Source of the DNA: Bradymonadia bacterium
GTDB taxonomy: Bacteria; Myxococcota_A; Bradymonadia; UBA7976; UBA1532
NCBI GenBank assembly: GCA_046290225.1
Contig: JBKAGE010000035.1
Location: forward strand, 320,001-384,000
DNA: 64,000 bases
Reading direction: 5' to 3'
This document shows, one piece after another, positions 60,496 to 64,000 of the stretch. The notes below the pieces were generated by a model, which worked only from the letters and a program-made list of their open reading frames with translations, searched no databases and was not told the DNA's origin. Made by a program: the position numbers and the translations under genes. Within the stretch, counting starts at the first letter, position 1; each line of letters starts with the position of its first letter.

Positions 60496-61878
60496 ATGAG
60501 GACAATGTCGTGGGCGAACGCGCTGCTCGCCTTGTTTATGGCCGGATGCACTCTGCTGGACACAGGTGGCTCCGGTGGATCCAACTGCGAAGATGGATCT
60601 GAGGGCTGCGCGTGTTATGGGAACAACACCTGCGACGAAGGGTTGGCTTGTGACGAGGGGCAATGCGTCGATGTCAACGATCTCGATCCAGAGTTCGAAG
60701 GACGCATCGTCGGCGGTCAGACGTCTCGCTCTTTCGCCGCTACAGGCGTGCTCATGTATCAGGGCCAAAGCTGGTGTACAGCCACACTCACAGATCCAAG
60801 TACCATCTTAACTGCTGCACACTGCGTGGACATGCTCAGCGGCCCGAGAGACGGGAATCTCAGCTTCGTCATTGGCAGTGAGCCTCTACAGCCTTCTGCC
60901 TCATCTGCCATCTCCGCCATTCATATCCATCCAGAGTGGCTGGGGTTTCCTCCGAACGGGGGCGATCTTCGACAGTTTGAGCACGGCCGAGACTTGGCGG
61001 TGCTGCGCTTGACGACCCCGATCAACTCAGTGGCCCCTGTACGACTGTGGTTTGGACCCGCAGAGCAGCTGATCGGTCAAAACATGATCTTGGTGGGCTA
61101 TGGCGCATCTCAGGTCGTCAACGATATGCCGATCGGTGGTGGTATTCGTCGGCGCACGCAGGTCACAATCAGCGCAACCATCGCTCAAGGAATCCGCTAC
61201 GAAGACGCCCGAACTGGCAGTTGCAGGGGAGACAGCGGAGGCCCTGCTTTCATGGAAATTGACGGTGTGTGGCGGCAGGTAGGTGTCACTTCGTACGGCG
61301 ACGCGCAATGCGCCTTTTTAGGCACTTACCAGCGCCTCGATCTTCACCAAGATTGGCTCGCCCAGATGGGGGTGGTGGACAACGGACGCTCGCTGACCTG
61401 CGACGAAGACGAGATGTGCGATGGGCAATGCCCTGATGACCCAGACTGCTGGACTCTACTCTGTCCAGGTGGCAGCTGCGCTGCACCCAGCGGCGAGTGC
61501 CTCTCGGATGGCACATGTGATCCATCCTGCGGTGACATAGATCCCGACTGCGGATATGACCAACCCGCACAAGATCCATGTCAGCTCTACAGCCTGTACG
61601 GCAACGGTTACTGTGATTTGTACTGCCCTCAACCTGATCCAGATTGTCAAACTCAGCCTGGCGGTGCCCAGACTTGCGGGCAGGGAGGGATTGGCTTTCA
61701 CCCGCCAACTCGACAATGTGTGTATCTAGATTTGAACGGACAGCAATGCTGGGCAGAGCCTTACGCTTTTTGGCAGGCCAACCAATTCGCCGGGCGATGT
61801 GAGTACTTTGATCGCAGCGGCAACTTCTGCGGTGCAGCGCCTCCCTGGTGCGATGGCTGGGGCTGTTATTGTCAGTAG
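60496..61878 (+). CDS. Trypsin-like (S1) serine protease lipoprotein with Cys-rich extensions
   Basis: FMAGC lipobox; RIVGG, LTAAHC, DLAVL, GDSGGP; C-terminal DPDC repeats. Confidence 0.92.
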   Translation: MRTMSWANALLALFMAGCTLLDTGGSGGSNCEDGSEGCACYGNNTCDEGLACDEGQCVDVNDLDPEFEGRIVGGQTSRSFAATGVLMYQGQSWCTATLTDPSTILTAAHCVDMLSGPRDGNLSFVIGSEPLQPSASSAISAIHIHPEWLGFPPNGGDLRQFEHGRDLAVLRLTTPINSVAPVRLWFGPAEQLIGQNMILVGYGASQVVNDMPIGGGIRRRTQVTISATIAQGIRYEDARTGSCRGDSGGPAFMEIDGVWRQVGVTSYGDAQCAFLGTYQRLDLHQDWLAQMGVVDNGRSLTCDEDEMCDGQCPDDPDCWTLLCPGGSCAAPSGECLSDGTCDPSCGDIDPDCGYDQPAQDPCQLYSLYGNGYCDLYCPQPDPDCQTQPGGAQTCGQGGIGFHPPTRQCVYLDLNGQQCWAEPYAFWQANQFAGRCEYFDRSGNFCGAAPPWCDGWGCYCQ

Positions 61879-62322
61879 TGACGTGAGGACGACGCTCCCA
61901 CTCTCATGAGCGAGGGCTTCACGACCAGACGACGATCAGTTGTACGATGGCAGTGAGTTGTAATCGAGCTTCGCCGAACGCTGTGGCTATATGAGTGCGG
62001 CGATGGCACGCATCAAGCCGGCGCTGGGTGCTCGCAGCACTTTTTCAGAGCCTGCCCTCCGGCTACGACTGCGCGCCCATCACCACCTTGATACGCACCC
62101 TCACCACCCTTATATCGTCGTATCAACAAAGCTGGAACGGACGTATGAACGTGCCCCCACGGAGGCGCGGAGGGGGCGAAAGTCGTCGTGAGGTCGGTGA
62201 GGTCTCGTCCAGATGCGAGCTTTCACCCGCAGAGGTAGCTGCGCTACCTCGAGGACGGAAAGGTCGGAGCTGGGCAGGAGATCGCCGGCGTCACGGCGGC
62301 TGGCGCCGCCGGAGCGCCGGAG

Positions 62323-62730
62323 TTAGCCGAGTACCGCCTCGGCGAAGCGGGTGTCGGACTCCATCTTCTCGAACTCTTCGTCGGAGATGAAGCCGGCCTC
62401 GAGGAGGGCTTTCTTGGCGTCGTCGAGCAGGGACGACGCGATGGTCTTGGCAGACTCCAGGCTATCACCGCTCTTCACGAAGGCCTCGTCAGCGAGGATG
62501 AGCACCTTCTCGGGGCCCACCTCGGCGACGCCGCCGCGGAGCAGAATCTCACCAGCGCCCTTGGGGCCCTGGTAAGTGAGCGAGCCACCGCCGAGCATGA
62601 TGAGCCCGGGGCGGTGATCGAAGAGAATGCCCAGCTCGCCGGTGGCGCCAGGGGCCACCACCGACGTCACCTCTTCCGAGATGACTGCGCCAGTGGGGGT
62701 GACCACCTCAAGCTTCATCAGGCTCATCAC
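62323..62730 (-). CDS. atpC: F0F1 ATP synthase epsilon subunit
   Basis: LEVVTP.G, APG..GELGIL..H, GGVAEV....V.ILADEA; downstream of atpD. Confidence 0.92.
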   Translation of the reverse strand: MMSLMKLEVVTPTGAVISEEVTSVVAPGATGELGILFDHRPGLIMLGGGSLTYQGPKGAGEILLRGGVAEVGPEKVLILADEAFVKSGDSLESAKTIASSLLDDAKKALLEAGFISDEEFEKMESDTRFAEAVLG

Positions 62731-62778
62731 ACGACTCCTTCGTCAGAAGCCCGAGGGTCGAATTGACCCTCAGACCAC

Positions 62779-64000
<1,222 letters not shown>

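Noticed and set aside
61879..62322. ORFs or ncRNA in the gap between the protease and atpC
   Set aside because: No convincing RBS, motif or recognisable RNA structure seen by eye

Overview
High-GC bacterial chromosomal segment. The gene content points to a Myxococcota/Bradymonadia-like deltaproteobacterium: four Hanks-type Ser/Thr kinases, PEGA/TPR proteins, a TIGR02266-like PilZ protein, a DUF1592/DUF1552 pair and many Cys-rich lipoproteins. Housekeeping genes: fetAB, hemB, folK, two HU genes, tRNA-Gln-prs-rplY-pth-hppA-rpsF-rpsR-rplI, PBP1A, RNase G/E, Leu-type dehydrogenase, an NSS transporter and atpD(partial)-atpC. The most notable item is a minus-strand cluster at 41481-51841 that looks like an uncharacterised RiPP system. 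It comprises a PqqD/RRE protein, a 67-aa YxxP-leader, Cys-containing precursor, an HprK-like P-loop kinase, a radical SAM/SPASM enzyme and an S24/S26 peptidase, with a 2342-aa Ig-repeat/FG-GAP lipoprotein embedded between PqqD and the precursor. Also notable: two copies of a structured, MITE-like non-coding element with covarying stems (23660-23937, 38285-38443); an ammonium transporter-chemoreceptor fusion; an acidic GGC/Trp-repeat surface protein; and a Zur-like box in front of a His-rich MerC-domain protein. All calls come from reading the sequence by eye; no database searches were run.
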